DNA of 64,000 nucleotides from positions 64,001 to 128,000 of IMG/VR virus record IMGVR_UViG_3300042691_008788. One strand, given 5' to 3'. Of the stretch, positions 28,605-38,587 are shown in pieces. Source of the DNA: a virus. Within the stretch, counting starts at the first letter, position 1. Each line of letters starts with the position of its first letter. Under the pieces are notes generated by a model, which made no database searches, was not told the origin of the DNA, and was given only the letters and a program-made list of their open reading frames with translations. Made by a program: the position numbers and the translations under genes.

Positions 28605-30328
28605 TGGTTTATCCTGCTGAAGTTGTTCTTCTTGCTGAATGTAAGCACATCTTGAAACTTATCTACAAGTTGATCAGTCTTGTGCGAAATGACAAACACA
28701 TTGCATCTCTTACCAAGGGTTCTGATCAGTTTCATAAACTCGTCCATGCCTGTACTATCAAGGCTTGAATCAAACACTTCATCAAGAACCAAGATATTGC
28801 AGTTGGTGCTATTCTTCAATCGTGCGATCTCTCTCCATGCAAGAAGAAGAGAAAGATCGATACGCATCTTTTCTCCTTCGCTGAAAGAAGCATAGGTAAA
28901 CTCATCCCTATGTCGTGACTTGATTGTTTCATTGAAACTCTCATCAAGATTGAACTGTACGAAGAAGTCCATACAAGCGAGATAGTGATTGATCAACTTA
29001 TTCATGATTGGCAAATAGTGCTTGATCACTCTCGTCTTGATTCCGCTATCCTTGAGTATACCCTGTGCTGATGAGAGAAGTTTTTGCTCATCCTGTTTTT
29101 CATCGTAGTGCTTCTTGGCATCATCACACTTGTTCTCAAGTTGGTCTAGTGTGTCTTGTTCTGTTTGAAGATTCTGCTGCGATTTTTTGATCTTGTCGGC
29201 ATCAGAAGATAGACGCTCAATCATTTTCTCTGCTACGGCTAGTTTCTGTCTATGTTCGTTCAATATTGTCTGAAACTTATCGTAGTCCTGTTCCACATTG
29301 GTCAACTTATTGTCAGTAATGAATTTTTCCTCAACCGCTATTCTTTTCTCAACATCAAGAACCGCAATACGCATCTCTTCGCGCTTTGTCTTCTTGCTGT
29401 CTATCTCTCTGTTCCTATGCTGCTCTGTAAGAGGCTGTCCACATGACGGACAAGGAACTTCCTCGGTTGTCATTATCATAGACAACTCCATATCAATGGT
29501 GTTCAACTTGTTGTCAAGAGTGGAACGGATCCTCTTCAAGTCTGTGATGGTCTGTTCCTTCTTGCGCTTCAAGTCCCTGTTTTTTGATAGATTACTCAGA
29601 GTGTTTCCACCCTTGACAACAACAGAAGATAGAGAATCCCGAACTACTTCATTTTTCTTTATCTCTTCATCGATACCTTCAAGGGACGAGCGACTCTTTT
29701 CCTCAAGAGCATCAAGATACTTTTTCTGAGTATCCTTCTTGCTCTCAAGAATCTCCATTGTGGTTTCACAGGTGCGAAGGTCTTCCTTGTTGGAGGAGAC
29801 TCTGTCCTTCAAAACAGTATTCATTGAAGAAAATACGCTGATGTCAAGCAAAGACTCAACGATGGCGCGTCGGTCTGCGGCGGGTAGACGCATGAAAGGC
29901 ACATAGTTGGTAGATCCAAGAATGACAACTTGACAGAATGCCTTGTATGACATCTTGAGAATCTGTTCCTCAAGCATCTTCTGATAGTCCTTGGACTTGG
30001 AGTCCTGATCTATCATCTTGTCATCTTTATGGATCTCAAATAACTTTGGAGCAAGTCCTCGTCGGATAAGATACTTCGTGCCACCGATCTTAAAGATGCA
30101 TTCAACCACACAGTCCTTGGTGTTGATGCTGTTGGCGAGTTGCGGAATGTTTATGTTGCGGAACGGCTTGCCGAATAGACAGAAGGTCAAGGCATCAAGG
30201 AAAGTCGTCTTTCCCGCACCATTTTCTCCACAGATCAGAGTCATCTCTGACTTGTCGAGTTTTAGTTCAGTCCAATAGTTACCGTATGAAAGAAAGTTCT
30301 TCCAGCGAATGGATTCAAAGACGATCAT
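28601..30328 (-). CDS. gp46: Rad50/SbcC-like recombination ATPase
   Basis: KNFLSYGN, GENGAGKTT, CPSCGQ zinc hook, FSEGEKMRIDL, LDEVFDSSLD, VISH. Confidence 0.96.
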   Translation of the reverse strand: MIVFESIRWKNFLSYGNYWTELKLDKSEMTLICGENGAGKTTFLDALTFCLFGKPFRNINIPQLANSINTKDCVVECIFKIGGTKYLIRRGLAPKLFEIHKDDKMIDQDSKSKDYQKMLEEQILKMSYKAFCQVVILGSTNYVPFMRLPAADRRAIVESLLDISVFSSMNTVLKDRVSSNKEDLRTCETTMEILESKKDTQKKYLDALEEKSRSSLEGIDEEIKKNEVVRDSLSSVVVKGGNTLSNLSKNRDLKRKKEQTITDLKRIRSTLDNKLNTIDMELSMIMTTEEVPCPSCGQPLTEQHRNREIDSKKTKREEMRIAVLDVEKRIAVEEKFITDNKLTNVEQDYDKFQTILNEHRQKLAVAEKMIERLSSDADKIKKSQQNLQTEQDTLDQLENKCDDAKKHYDEKQDEQKLLSSAQGILKDSGIKTRVIKHYLPIMNKLINHYLACMDFFVQFNLDESFNETIKSRHRDEFTYASFSEGEKMRIDLSLLLAWREIARLKNSTNCNILVLDEVFDSSLDSTGMDEFMKLIRTLGKRCNVFVISHKTDQLVDKFQDVLTFSKKNNFSRINQ

Positions 30329-30343
30329 TGGTCACTCCACCTG

Positions 30344-30351
30344 TATTTATC
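30344..30351 (-). promoter_or_regulatory. late-type promoter (GATAAATA)
   Basis: Upstream of the gp46 RBS. Confidence 0.5.
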
Positions 30352-30841
30352 GGGTGGACTCTAGATCAAGGTAAGGATTTTTTGAAGAAAACCAAAGAGG
30401 AGTTGTGCTATTCTTCCAAGCCGCAAATCGCGACTTTTCTCCGATGTAATACTTTCTATATGCTACCACAGCATCAACATCCTTGTATTGTTCTGGCATT
30501 GCCTGTGCAAAAGGAGTCAGTTCCTTGATTGGAATATTTGGTGGGTAGTTGGCATGACACCACCGAATGATGTCTTCGCTCTTATGAATCTTGCCATATC
30601 TCTTTGTGTATTCGTCACATAGAGCAAGACCATGCAGACACAGCCAATTGTAGTTGGCTATGCTTGCTGATGCCCACAGAGTGCATGGATGCTTTCTATG
30701 GGTTGGTTTGTATGTCGCAGTCCCCTCTGGGTGTGCAGAACAAAGCATCTGCGCTGTTTCCAAAATCATCTTGACAATATGCTTATCGCACATGTCTTGT
30801 GCTGCCTTGCGTGGATTGCTGTTTACTACAAAGATGTTCAT
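30347..30841 (-). CDS. pyrimidine-dimer DNA glycosylase / endonuclease V family protein
   Basis: MNIF....P..AAQ..CDKHIVKMILETAQML, THRKHPCTLW, EYTKRYGKIH, AQAMP, AYRKYY. Confidence 0.85.
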   Translation of the reverse strand: MNIFVVNSNPRKAAQDMCDKHIVKMILETAQMLCSAHPEGTATYKPTHRKHPCTLWASASIANYNWLCLHGLALCDEYTKRYGKIHKSEDIIRWCHANYPPNIPIKELTPFAQAMPEQYKDVDAVVAYRKYYIGEKSRFAAWKNSTTPLWFSSKNPYLDLESTR

Positions 30842-30847
30842 GGCGAG

Positions 30848-30876
30848 AGCATAACCTAATAAGTGAGTGGTGTCAA
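30848..30876 (-). promoter_or_regulatory. sigma70-like promoter, probably leaderless
   Basis: TTGACA-17 bp-TATGCT, 6 nt before the ATG. Confidence 0.75.
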
Positions 30877-33800
30877 CTATGAGTAGATCGGAATATTTTC
30901 AAAGGCTATGTCTGCAAACTGCGGTAGGCTTTGCTTGATTGCCTGTAGACCAGATGAAGAAAGTTTGAAGTCTTTGTTTCCATAATTTAAGAACCATCCA
31001 GATCCTCCAGCCACACTTGCAAAAGTTATACCACCAATAGTAAACCCACCATAAAGAGTTCCACTTGCAGAATATACCTTCTCAAAGAAAGCATATGTTG
31101 CCCCCGTTGTCGTACCTATACAAACATTGTTGTTTGCTATCACAAGATTAGATGGATTGTTTATCTGAGATAGATTTAGTTGAATGTTTGTTCCATCAAA
31201 AGACATTATGCTGGTTAGATGAGGATATTGACTCACCCAAGGCAAATTTCTGATGTCAACCTTGTTGTATAAACCGAAATAATCGCTATTACCTTGCTGC
31301 ATGGTGGCTTCACCATAATTTGTTTCATAGTACGAGTACGGAGTATATCCATATCTACGATCCGTTGTTGGAATTGTACTAGACCTTTCAAGCCACTCAT
31401 CTCCATCAATGTTAAATGTGGAATACTTGAGTCCATTTGCTTTCCATAGACTGTTCCAGTTTCCTTCATTGAATTTCACAAATGTTGATGGTCTAGTACA
31501 TTCTATGAAAATATTGTTATTGATTTTGATGTTTGTTCCGCCGATGAAGATGGCGTTGTCAACATCAGACATTGTGCTACCGCATCGATAGAACACATTT
31601 CTTATGATGTTGTCGCCACCACCGCTGTAATCGAAATATATTGCACAAGCATTGTGTAGAGAATCAACTCCGCATATTCCATAATAAGGTCCACCTGGCA
31701 AGCGGGATCCGATGTTGTTAAAGAAGTTTCCACGAATGACATTTCCCACATGAGATGGGTCTGCATACTTGTAGACAGCACCCATGTCATCGTTGTAGAA
31801 ATTTAGATTTGTGAAGTTGTTTGACTCTATTATATTGTTGTTACCAGAGTAGTCTATTCCCTTTCCATTTCCATCAGCAATCAATGTCTTTTGTATGATG
31901 TTTCCGACACCAGACATTTGAATTGCAGCACCGTTTGAACTGGAAAGTCTACCGAAAGACTTTATAACACAGTTGCTTACTACATTGCCAGATCCCGATA
32001 GTGTTTGTCTATTTCCACCAGTTAGAATTATTCCCTTGAGTCCAATGTTTCTTATATCGCAATTATCAACCGTGGCGGTAGTTCCATCAAGAATGACAAC
32101 GCCATTTTTTCTCATATTCCGAATCTTGCAATTTTTCACCACTACATTGTTGCACTGATTTATCTCAACCGCAGAACCAGAGCATGTATCAAATATCAAA
32201 CCATCTATAACAATATTGTCACTTCTGTATAGTTTGAACAAAGATGCCAATGTATCTCGCGTGTTACTCGGATCCTTTGTTTGTATAACCTTAGATGCAT
32301 CATATTCAGGTGTTCCATCGCTCCAATCAACACCACTAGATGTTCTTGAAGAGGACACCCGAATCTTTGTTCCAGAAGTTATTCCAACTGGAGGTATAAA
32401 ATACAGAGTATCTGATAGACCAGAGGTGAGAGAACCAGAGTTCAATCTGTTTCTGCTGATGTAATACTCACCAGCAGTGTCGAGTTCTTCAGGGACATTA
32501 AGAGCAAACCATCTTCTTGGTGAGGGATTTGCTGGAACATATGATGTACATGATGTAACGCCAGCGATTCCATATGCCGAATCAGACGAGCGAACCGTGA
32601 TATTTCTTGTTGCTGTGTTTATAGAATCGATTCTATAGGCTTCATCATTCCAATCAAATCGCCAGAAGCCATGAACATAGATGTCACTGTTTGGCCCAAC
32701 TCTATCAGACCATCTTGTTATTCCACTATAGTCTATTCCATAGCACACACCAGAAGGATATCTAAACACCCCGAAAGTAAATCCTGGTGATGTAAAGGCA
32801 GATCCAGAACCAGATTCAATAACGCTTTCGATTATTGCACTTGAATCAAAACTAAATTCCGATGATTCCGCTCCAGTTGCTATGCTTGGGAATCTTGCTA
32901 GTGTGAGTGGTTCACCATTGAATGATATTTCAGGAAGTGTTGGTATGTCTTTGAAGCCAAGTCTTCTTCCGTTATAGACATCAACAGTAACACCAGCAAT
33001 AGGATATATTGGCTGTGTATATCTTATGTTTCCGAAAACGCCGACATCTATCATGCCGAAACCATTTCCATCATTCAAGTTGACCTTGTATATGCTTCCG
33101 CGAACAGATGGCTTGAACCTTTCGTACATAGGATCAGCACTGTTTATCAAGGTCACACCAGCAACATCTAGAGTCTTTGCACCAGTGATTATTACTGAAT
33201 CTTGTTGAGTAGCACGAATCGTCAATGGTTTGTCCGCTTCGCCACTGTGAGTAGAATTAAATTCCACAGTTTCCCCAAACAACTCGTAAACACCAGGCAT
33301 CATATCAATAATGATTGGCAAAGTACCAGTATAGGATGCAGCAATATTCAACGCTCTTCCTATTGTTTGAACTGGCGACGAAACACCATCAGAGGCATCA
33401 TCTCCGCTCATGGAAGAAACACTTATTGTGTAGTAATCTGGAGTTGCATTAAACTGGCTTTGATATACAGGAACGCCATAGGATGCAGGAGCCTCCAACC
33501 AAACTCCTCTCTCACCAGATGCAATTGCAATAGTATCAGGAAGATTTGGTTGACTTGTTCCTTGCTTTACAAACACATTCTTTCCTGCTGGTGCCGTGAG
33601 TCTCCATAGTCTCTTATTTGGATCGTTTGTATATGCACCACTTACAAGTATATTTGTACCAGCCTGATGCAGATCGATTCTGTCCACAAGACCCGAGGTA
33701 GAACCAGTAGAGTCACAAGGAGCAGCAACCTTATTTCCACTTATTTCTCTCCATTCTACAAGTGCAGAATTTACTCTACTTAGATCTTTACCAGCAGGGT

Positions 33801-36800
33801 CTCTTGTATTGAATACGATAAACTGATTTGTTCCAGCAAGACAACTGTGGAAAATATCTTCTTTATAGTATTCTTCAGAAAGTGGTCCCGTGAATCCAAC
33901 AGAATTGTTGAAGACATTATGTGGACCAGAAATTATAAGGAAATTCAATCCCTCTGATGGTGCCTGTGGCCTTGATCTCAGAATTGCTCTTACTTTCTTT
34001 TGATTGTGTATCAATCCTTGATATGCCTTATTTCCAAATGTTATTCCTCCCTCTGATACAGGGTGAAATCCAAATCTTTTTCCAAACCTAATAGATTCAT
34101 CAGATGACACAGATGGAGGATATCCATAATCTCTTATGAGATAATCTGCCATTTCAGCATACAAGTGATGTGAATGTCCATAGCCAGGAAGTTTTATTGC
34201 TACCCTAGACAATCCACCTGGGTCAACACCATATCTTGCTTCTGCTGGTGTCATTTCATGTACTTCAGATGAAGTCACTATAGTGTTCTGAAATCCAGGA
34301 GTTTCTCTCAATGAATCTCCTATTATCTTTGATTTCAAATCACCTTGTGTAAACACATAAAGTGCTGTAGACCAAGCAAATGCAGTTTGTCTAGTTTCAT
34401 CACTTTGATATGCATTTTTGAAGTCTTGTCTGCTTGCCACATTCGTGAAGTAAGACAATAATGCTTCGGCACTTGCTCCACAAGCACCAGCAAATCCATT
34501 TGGATCCATATAGGTCAATCCATCATACCAATGCTTAAACTCCTGAGCAAATGTTCTATTTGTAATGCTTGATGTGATACCATTGAATCTGGCATCGTTC
34601 ACTATTGCATATGTCTGACGAGCATCTGGTATAACTTTGAAGCCATTGTTTGGATCATTTGCCCAATTCAATAGTGCTGCTGTGCTTCCAAGATCTGTTC
34701 TTGACAAATAAGGACCAGCAACTGCAAACTGATCTCCCCATGCTTCTGAATCATCGTGAAGATATTTGAATAACATTTCATCATTTTTGGCTTGACTCAA
34801 GAAGTTCAAGAATGACTGTTTTGCTACAGATCTATTTTCATATGCCCATGGAGTCAAGAACCTGATTGGGTTTGTGTCTGTAAATGCACCCCATGTTCCG
34901 CCAAACTCTGTACTTAGGAATGTGAGTCCACCAGCGGCACCAGTGTATGTCGTTCCATCTGTAAGTTTCTTAAAGTAATAGTGTGGTTCACGATGGAATC
35001 CAGGAGGTCCATCAAGAAGCCAGTACTGTGGTTTAAGCATTCTTCTTTCATATGGTATCTGAGCAGCCAATCTCTTATGTGCGCCAAAAATGTCCGAATA
35101 TGTGTCTGAAGTAAATGTCATTCCCGCAGTTGAACCTGGTCCATCTCTATATCTGAAATAGTTCAAATCTACACCAGGTGTATTATCAACATGAAGCATT
35201 GGGACTATAGAAGGATAAAGCGATTGACCGTCTGGTCCTGTTGCTGCTGGTGTCCACGAAACTCCCCATACCGCAAAATCCAATGCTCTAAAGAATCCAG
35301 TTCTTGAAGTGTCGGGAGGATCAATCAATCCGTTTACAAGTTCTTCATGTAGTTCGTTGAAGTACAACGAATCAAGACCAGTTGTAATCCCACCTTTCAT
35401 GCAAGCATACAGCAACTCAAACTCGGATGTCCTCGCAAACCCAGTCCAGAAATTCTGTGGTGGTTTTGTTGGTGTCTTTCTATTTGGAAATGGGAAGTTT
35501 GAAACAACTGCCGCATTTCCAATCATTTCCATATTTGGTCTAAACTTATTGTTTAGTGTCTTGTCAAACCATCCAGACTTATTGAGATGATTGTAATAAC
35601 CAACGCCATCATGGAAGTAATCAACTATACTCATGTTGAGTGCCAACATGGTTGGATACAAATAGAACAATCTAAATCGTCTGTCGTTTATCCATGGTAC
35701 TTGTTGTTCGAAATCTCCATTAAATATTGTTCCAGTTACACCTTTCCATGAGATATCACCGTTGTTTTCCACCTCTGTGAAAACATTGTAAAAGAATGGA
35801 TACGCACTCATCACTGATTTGTTGCTATCAGAGGAATCTTCTGGTGTGCATACTGCCATTATCTCGCCAAGTTCACTTGTTCCACAGATACCCATACCCC
35901 AAATCGAATTAGAATAGGTAAGACCCCATTTTCTCTGTCCAAGCAACATGTCATGACCTGATGTAAACAAGTCGTTGGCTTTGTCGCTATCCAAACACCA
36001 GTGTCTTGGATTTGTGTCTCCATTGAATCTTCTCTGATCATTTCGCGTTGGATCAATTAGCCCAACATCATCCTTGAACATGTATTGAGCAAATCGCTCA
36101 ACACCAAGAACAACACCACCAGTTGCATCTGGACCAGAGTCACCGAATGTATAGTTGTATTGATCCCTTGCCCATTCTACTGGAATATTCTCGACATAAC
36201 TTGCACCAGAACTTGCGATGTTTGTCCACAAGGTATAACCAGGTGCTTGCCATTGATGGAATGTTCTTTCTATAACTGCACTTGCATCCATGATGACATG
36301 TGCAAATCCATCATTTGGTGACTTGAATTTTTCCTTCCAATGTGATACTGATGCATCAAGTCTCCACTTGAAGTAATCTTTATTTCCTTCTACTGTTGGA
36401 TCTTTGTAAAGACCAAAAGGAATACGCATCTCAAAGCCAGTTCCATATGGAAGGCATCCAAGATAAGCGATGAACTCCATTGAGTTTCCCCATGCTGCGG
36501 ACAAATCATTCAAGGATTGGAGAAGTCTGTTGCCGTAACCATAGGAGATGCCAACAACATCAGTCATCGGAGGTTTGAAAGTAAGTTCCGTCAAGTCTTG
36601 TGGACTATCGGGAAAAGTCATTCCATTGAATAGAATCAGAGTTTCATAAGCAAAGCAAAGTCCCGCTCTTTCGTTTACTTGCCCCCACCAAGTTGAATAA
36701 GTCAGTGCTTCGGGATATCGAATCCACGGAGAACCAACCAGCACTTGATCAGCAGAGTATCCACCACCAGTTCTTCCGTAATCATTAAATCTAACTCGCG

Positions 36801-37695
36801 ATACTAAACCAGCAGGAAAACAGAGTCCGCTATACGCTGTATTCAAGTTTGCATCAGTAACACCATTCACAATAACACCAAGTTCTGCTGATCTTCCACC
36901 AAACACATCTACATTCAACAGATCGCTAACTGTTGTGTTTTCCCGTAATAGCAAATACATGTCAAACTGAAATGATTCAGCCGTATATCTGTCGGACAAC
37001 CAAGGATATCTTCTCCAGTTGCCAACGAGTGAATTCATCGGACTGGAAAAGTTTCCGTATGGACTATGGATTACAGAACGACGAATACAGTTGTCATAGT
37101 TTGCACTTAAGCCCATGTATAGTTGCGACGGGAGAGAGTTGCCAGGATACCAATCAAACTTTGGATGATAACCAAAGAAAGCGTTGCCACCATCAAACAA
37201 GAAATCCTGTGCATATATTCCATTCAAATTATACTGAACAAATTTATTCGACGCTCTCTGTGGACTTCTTGCTCTATCAAACTTTTTGTATGCAGTTCTA
37301 ACAGCAGATGCAAAATCCCTTGGGTGAGTCAATATATCAAACCAACCATCATCACCATTTGTAGTATAGTTGAACGATGCCTCAACAGTTCCACCCAGTA
37401 TTAGCGGGTTGACAGGAGCAGATATTCCAAGCAATTCCATGGTTGCTGCTTTACCTAAATCAGCAGTAGCAGCAGACCAACCTGGCTCGTATCTATTGAT
37501 CAAATAATTGAATACACGATTAAACTTTTCCTGAAACTCTGGATCTGGTGGAGTTGTTATAATCGTGGGAAAATCACTTGGTGGTCTTGTGCCTTGATCG
37601 TTGAATGCGGACTCAAAAGGATTAACGCCAGAAAACTTTGCGTTTATCAACTTTACCTTGTAGTTGTTCAATACCCGTATATTAGTTATTCTCAT
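30877..37695 (-). CDS. 2272-aa putative virion protein with a C-terminal right-handed beta-helix (carbohydrate-active-like) domain
   Basis: From ~33435: GDDASDG..SPVQTIGRA, PGVY, SGEADKPLTIRA, LTLARFP, VHGFWRFDW, NVPEELDTAGEYY, beta-helix repeats, DDMGAVY, AIYFD. Confidence 0.8.
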   Translation of the reverse strand: MRITNIRVLNNYKVKLINAKFSGVNPFESAFNDQGTRPPSDFPTIITTPPDPEFQEKFNRVFNYLINRYEPGWSAATADLGKAATMELLGISAPVNPLILGGTVEASFNYTTNGDDGWFDILTHPRDFASAVRTAYKKFDRARSPQRASNKFVQYNLNGIYAQDFLFDGGNAFFGYHPKFDWYPGNSLPSQLYMGLSANYDNCIRRSVIHSPYGNFSSPMNSLVGNWRRYPWLSDRYTAESFQFDMYLLLRENTTVSDLLNVDVFGGRSAELGVIVNGVTDANLNTAYSGLCFPAGLVSRVRFNDYGRTGGGYSADQVLVGSPWIRYPEALTYSTWWGQVNERAGLCFAYETLILFNGMTFPDSPQDLTELTFKPPMTDVVGISYGYGNRLLQSLNDLSAAWGNSMEFIAYLGCLPYGTGFEMRIPFGLYKDPTVEGNKDYFKWRLDASVSHWKEKFKSPNDGFAHVIMDASAVIERTFHQWQAPGYTLWTNIASSGASYVENIPVEWARDQYNYTFGDSGPDATGGVVLGVERFAQYMFKDDVGLIDPTRNDQRRFNGDTNPRHWCLDSDKANDLFTSGHDMLLGQRKWGLTYSNSIWGMGICGTSELGEIMAVCTPEDSSDSNKSVMSAYPFFYNVFTEVENNGDISWKGVTGTIFNGDFEQQVPWINDRRFRLFYLYPTMLALNMSIVDYFHDGVGYYNHLNKSGWFDKTLNNKFRPNMEMIGNAAVVSNFPFPNRKTPTKPPQNFWTGFARTSEFELLYACMKGGITTGLDSLYFNELHEELVNGLIDPPDTSRTGFFRALDFAVWGVSWTPAATGPDGQSLYPSIVPMLHVDNTPGVDLNYFRYRDGPGSTAGMTFTSDTYSDIFGAHKRLAAQIPYERRMLKPQYWLLDGPPGFHREPHYYFKKLTDGTTYTGAAGGLTFLSTEFGGTWGAFTDTNPIRFLTPWAYENRSVAKQSFLNFLSQAKNDEMLFKYLHDDSEAWGDQFAVAGPYLSRTDLGSTAALLNWANDPNNGFKVIPDARQTYAIVNDARFNGITSSITNRTFAQEFKHWYDGLTYMDPNGFAGACGASAEALLSYFTNVASRQDFKNAYQSDETRQTAFAWSTALYVFTQGDLKSKIIGDSLRETPGFQNTIVTSSEVHEMTPAEARYGVDPGGLSRVAIKLPGYGHSHHLYAEMADYLIRDYGYPPSVSSDESIRFGKRFGFHPVSEGGITFGNKAYQGLIHNQKKVRAILRSRPQAPSEGLNFLIISGPHNVFNNSVGFTGPLSEEYYKEDIFHSCLAGTNQFIVFNTRDPAGKDLSRVNSALVEWREISGNKVAAPCDSTGSTSGLVDRIDLHQAGTNILVSGAYTNDPNKRLWRLTAPAGKNVFVKQGTSQPNLPDTIAIASGERGVWLEAPASYGVPVYQSQFNATPDYYTISVSSMSGDDASDGVSSPVQTIGRALNIAASYTGTLPIIIDMMPGVYELFGETVEFNSTHSGEADKPLTIRATQQDSVIITGAKTLDVAGVTLINSADPMYERFKPSVRGSIYKVNLNDGNGFGMIDVGVFGNIRYTQPIYPIAGVTVDVYNGRRLGFKDIPTLPEISFNGEPLTLARFPSIATGAESSEFSFDSSAIIESVIESGSGSAFTSPGFTFGVFRYPSGVCYGIDYSGITRWSDRVGPNSDIYVHGFWRFDWNDEAYRIDSINTATRNITVRSSDSAYGIAGVTSCTSYVPANPSPRRWFALNVPEELDTAGEYYISRNRLNSGSLTSGLSDTLYFIPPVGITSGTKIRVSSSRTSSGVDWSDGTPEYDASKVIQTKDPSNTRDTLASLFKLYRSDNIVIDGLIFDTCSGSAVEINQCNNVVVKNCKIRNMRKNGVVILDGTTATVDNCDIRNIGLKGIILTGGNRQTLSGSGNVVSNCVIKSFGRLSSSNGAAIQMSGVGNIIQKTLIADGNGKGIDYSGNNNIIESNNFTNLNFYNDDMGAVYKYADPSHVGNVIRGNFFNNIGSRLPGGPYYGICGVDSLHNACAIYFDYSGGGDNIIRNVFYRCGSTMSDVDNAIFIGGTNIKINNNIFIECTRPSTFVKFNEGNWNSLWKANGLKYSTFNIDGDEWLERSSTIPTTDRRYGYTPYSYYETNYGEATMQQGNSDYFGLYNKVDIRNLPWVSQYPHLTSIMSFDGTNIQLNLSQINNPSNLVIANNNVCIGTTTGATYAFFEKVYSASGTLYGGFTIGGITFASVAGGSGWFLNYGNKDFKLSSSGLQAIKQSLPQFADIAFENIPIYS

Positions 37696-38141
37696 GTAGT
37701 TGACTCCGCTTCAATCTCAAACTTACCCGCCATCAACTTGCTGACTATCTCTCCACCATCAACCAACTGTACAAGTTCAACATCATAAAAATAACGACCA
37801 GCCTTAAAAGTCGTTGTTGTATCCGAACTTATCACCATACGCATGAAACCCGTATTACCACCAAGGAAAAATATCCCATCCTGTACAAAGCCCTGTGTGC
37901 TTCCAGGCTGAAATACTTGAGTGGCTGTGCTTCCAAGTGTGAATAAAACGGGATCTCTGTACTTAGACTTCTTGATCTTCATTCTTGCTCTGTAATCATC
38001 TAATGAGTAGACAAGTGTACCGAACTCATTTATAGATGAGTTTAATATAGACAATGGCTGAAGATCATCTGTAAAAACTTGAAATTCAAGAACGAAAGTA
38101 GAACCTTGCTCAAGTGAAAGATCGTTGTTTAGTGCTGGCAT
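37692..38141 (-). CDS. small virion adaptor-like protein (paralogue B)
   Basis: LEQGSTFVLEF..ARMKIKKSKY..ISSDTT..GRYFYDVEL..KLMAGKFEIEAEST. Confidence 0.7.
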   Translation of the reverse strand: MPALNNDLSLEQGSTFVLEFQVFTDDLQPLSILNSSINEFGTLVYSLDDYRARMKIKKSKYRDPVLFTLGSTATQVFQPGSTQGFVQDGIFFLGGNTGFMRMVISSDTTTTFKAGRYFYDVELVQLVDGGEIVSKLMAGKFEIEAESTT

Positions 38142-38587
38142 CAGTTAGTTACCTCCGCTTGAACATCTAATCTTCCGCTTAATGCTTTTGTAACTTCAAC
38201 TCCACCACTTGTCTTTGTATCTACAACTTCTATGTCATAGAAATATTTTCCATGCTTCAATGCAGCAGTTGTCGTGGATGATATAATGAACTTCACTCTA
38301 CCTTGATTTTCAGCATCAAAATAGAACCCATCTATGGTATTGCCTTCAGTTGATTCTGTATTTGCTTGCAAAACACTGTTTGCAGTTATACCAAGAACTG
38401 CTGCCGCTGTCCCATACTTGCTCTTCTTTACCTTCATTCGCAATGAAATATTAGCGGCAGATGAGGTGGCTGTATATTGATTTGTCGTGGTGGTTGTTAG
38501 TGTACTGTTATCATCATTTCTGAGATCAAACTGTAACACAAAGGTTGAACCTTGCTCAACAATAAAATCCTGATCAACAAGTGCCAT
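38141..38587 (-). CDS. small virion adaptor-like protein (paralogue A)
   Basis: VEQGSTFVLQF..LRMKVKKSKY..ISSTTT..GKYFYDIEV..KALSGRLDVQAEVT. Confidence 0.7.
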   Translation of the reverse strand: MALVDQDFIVEQGSTFVLQFDLRNDDNSTLTTTTTNQYTATSSAANISLRMKVKKSKYGTAAAVLGITANSVLQANTESTEGNTIDGFYFDAENQGRVKFIISSTTTAALKHGKYFYDIEVVDTKTSGGVEVTKALSGRLDVQAEVTN

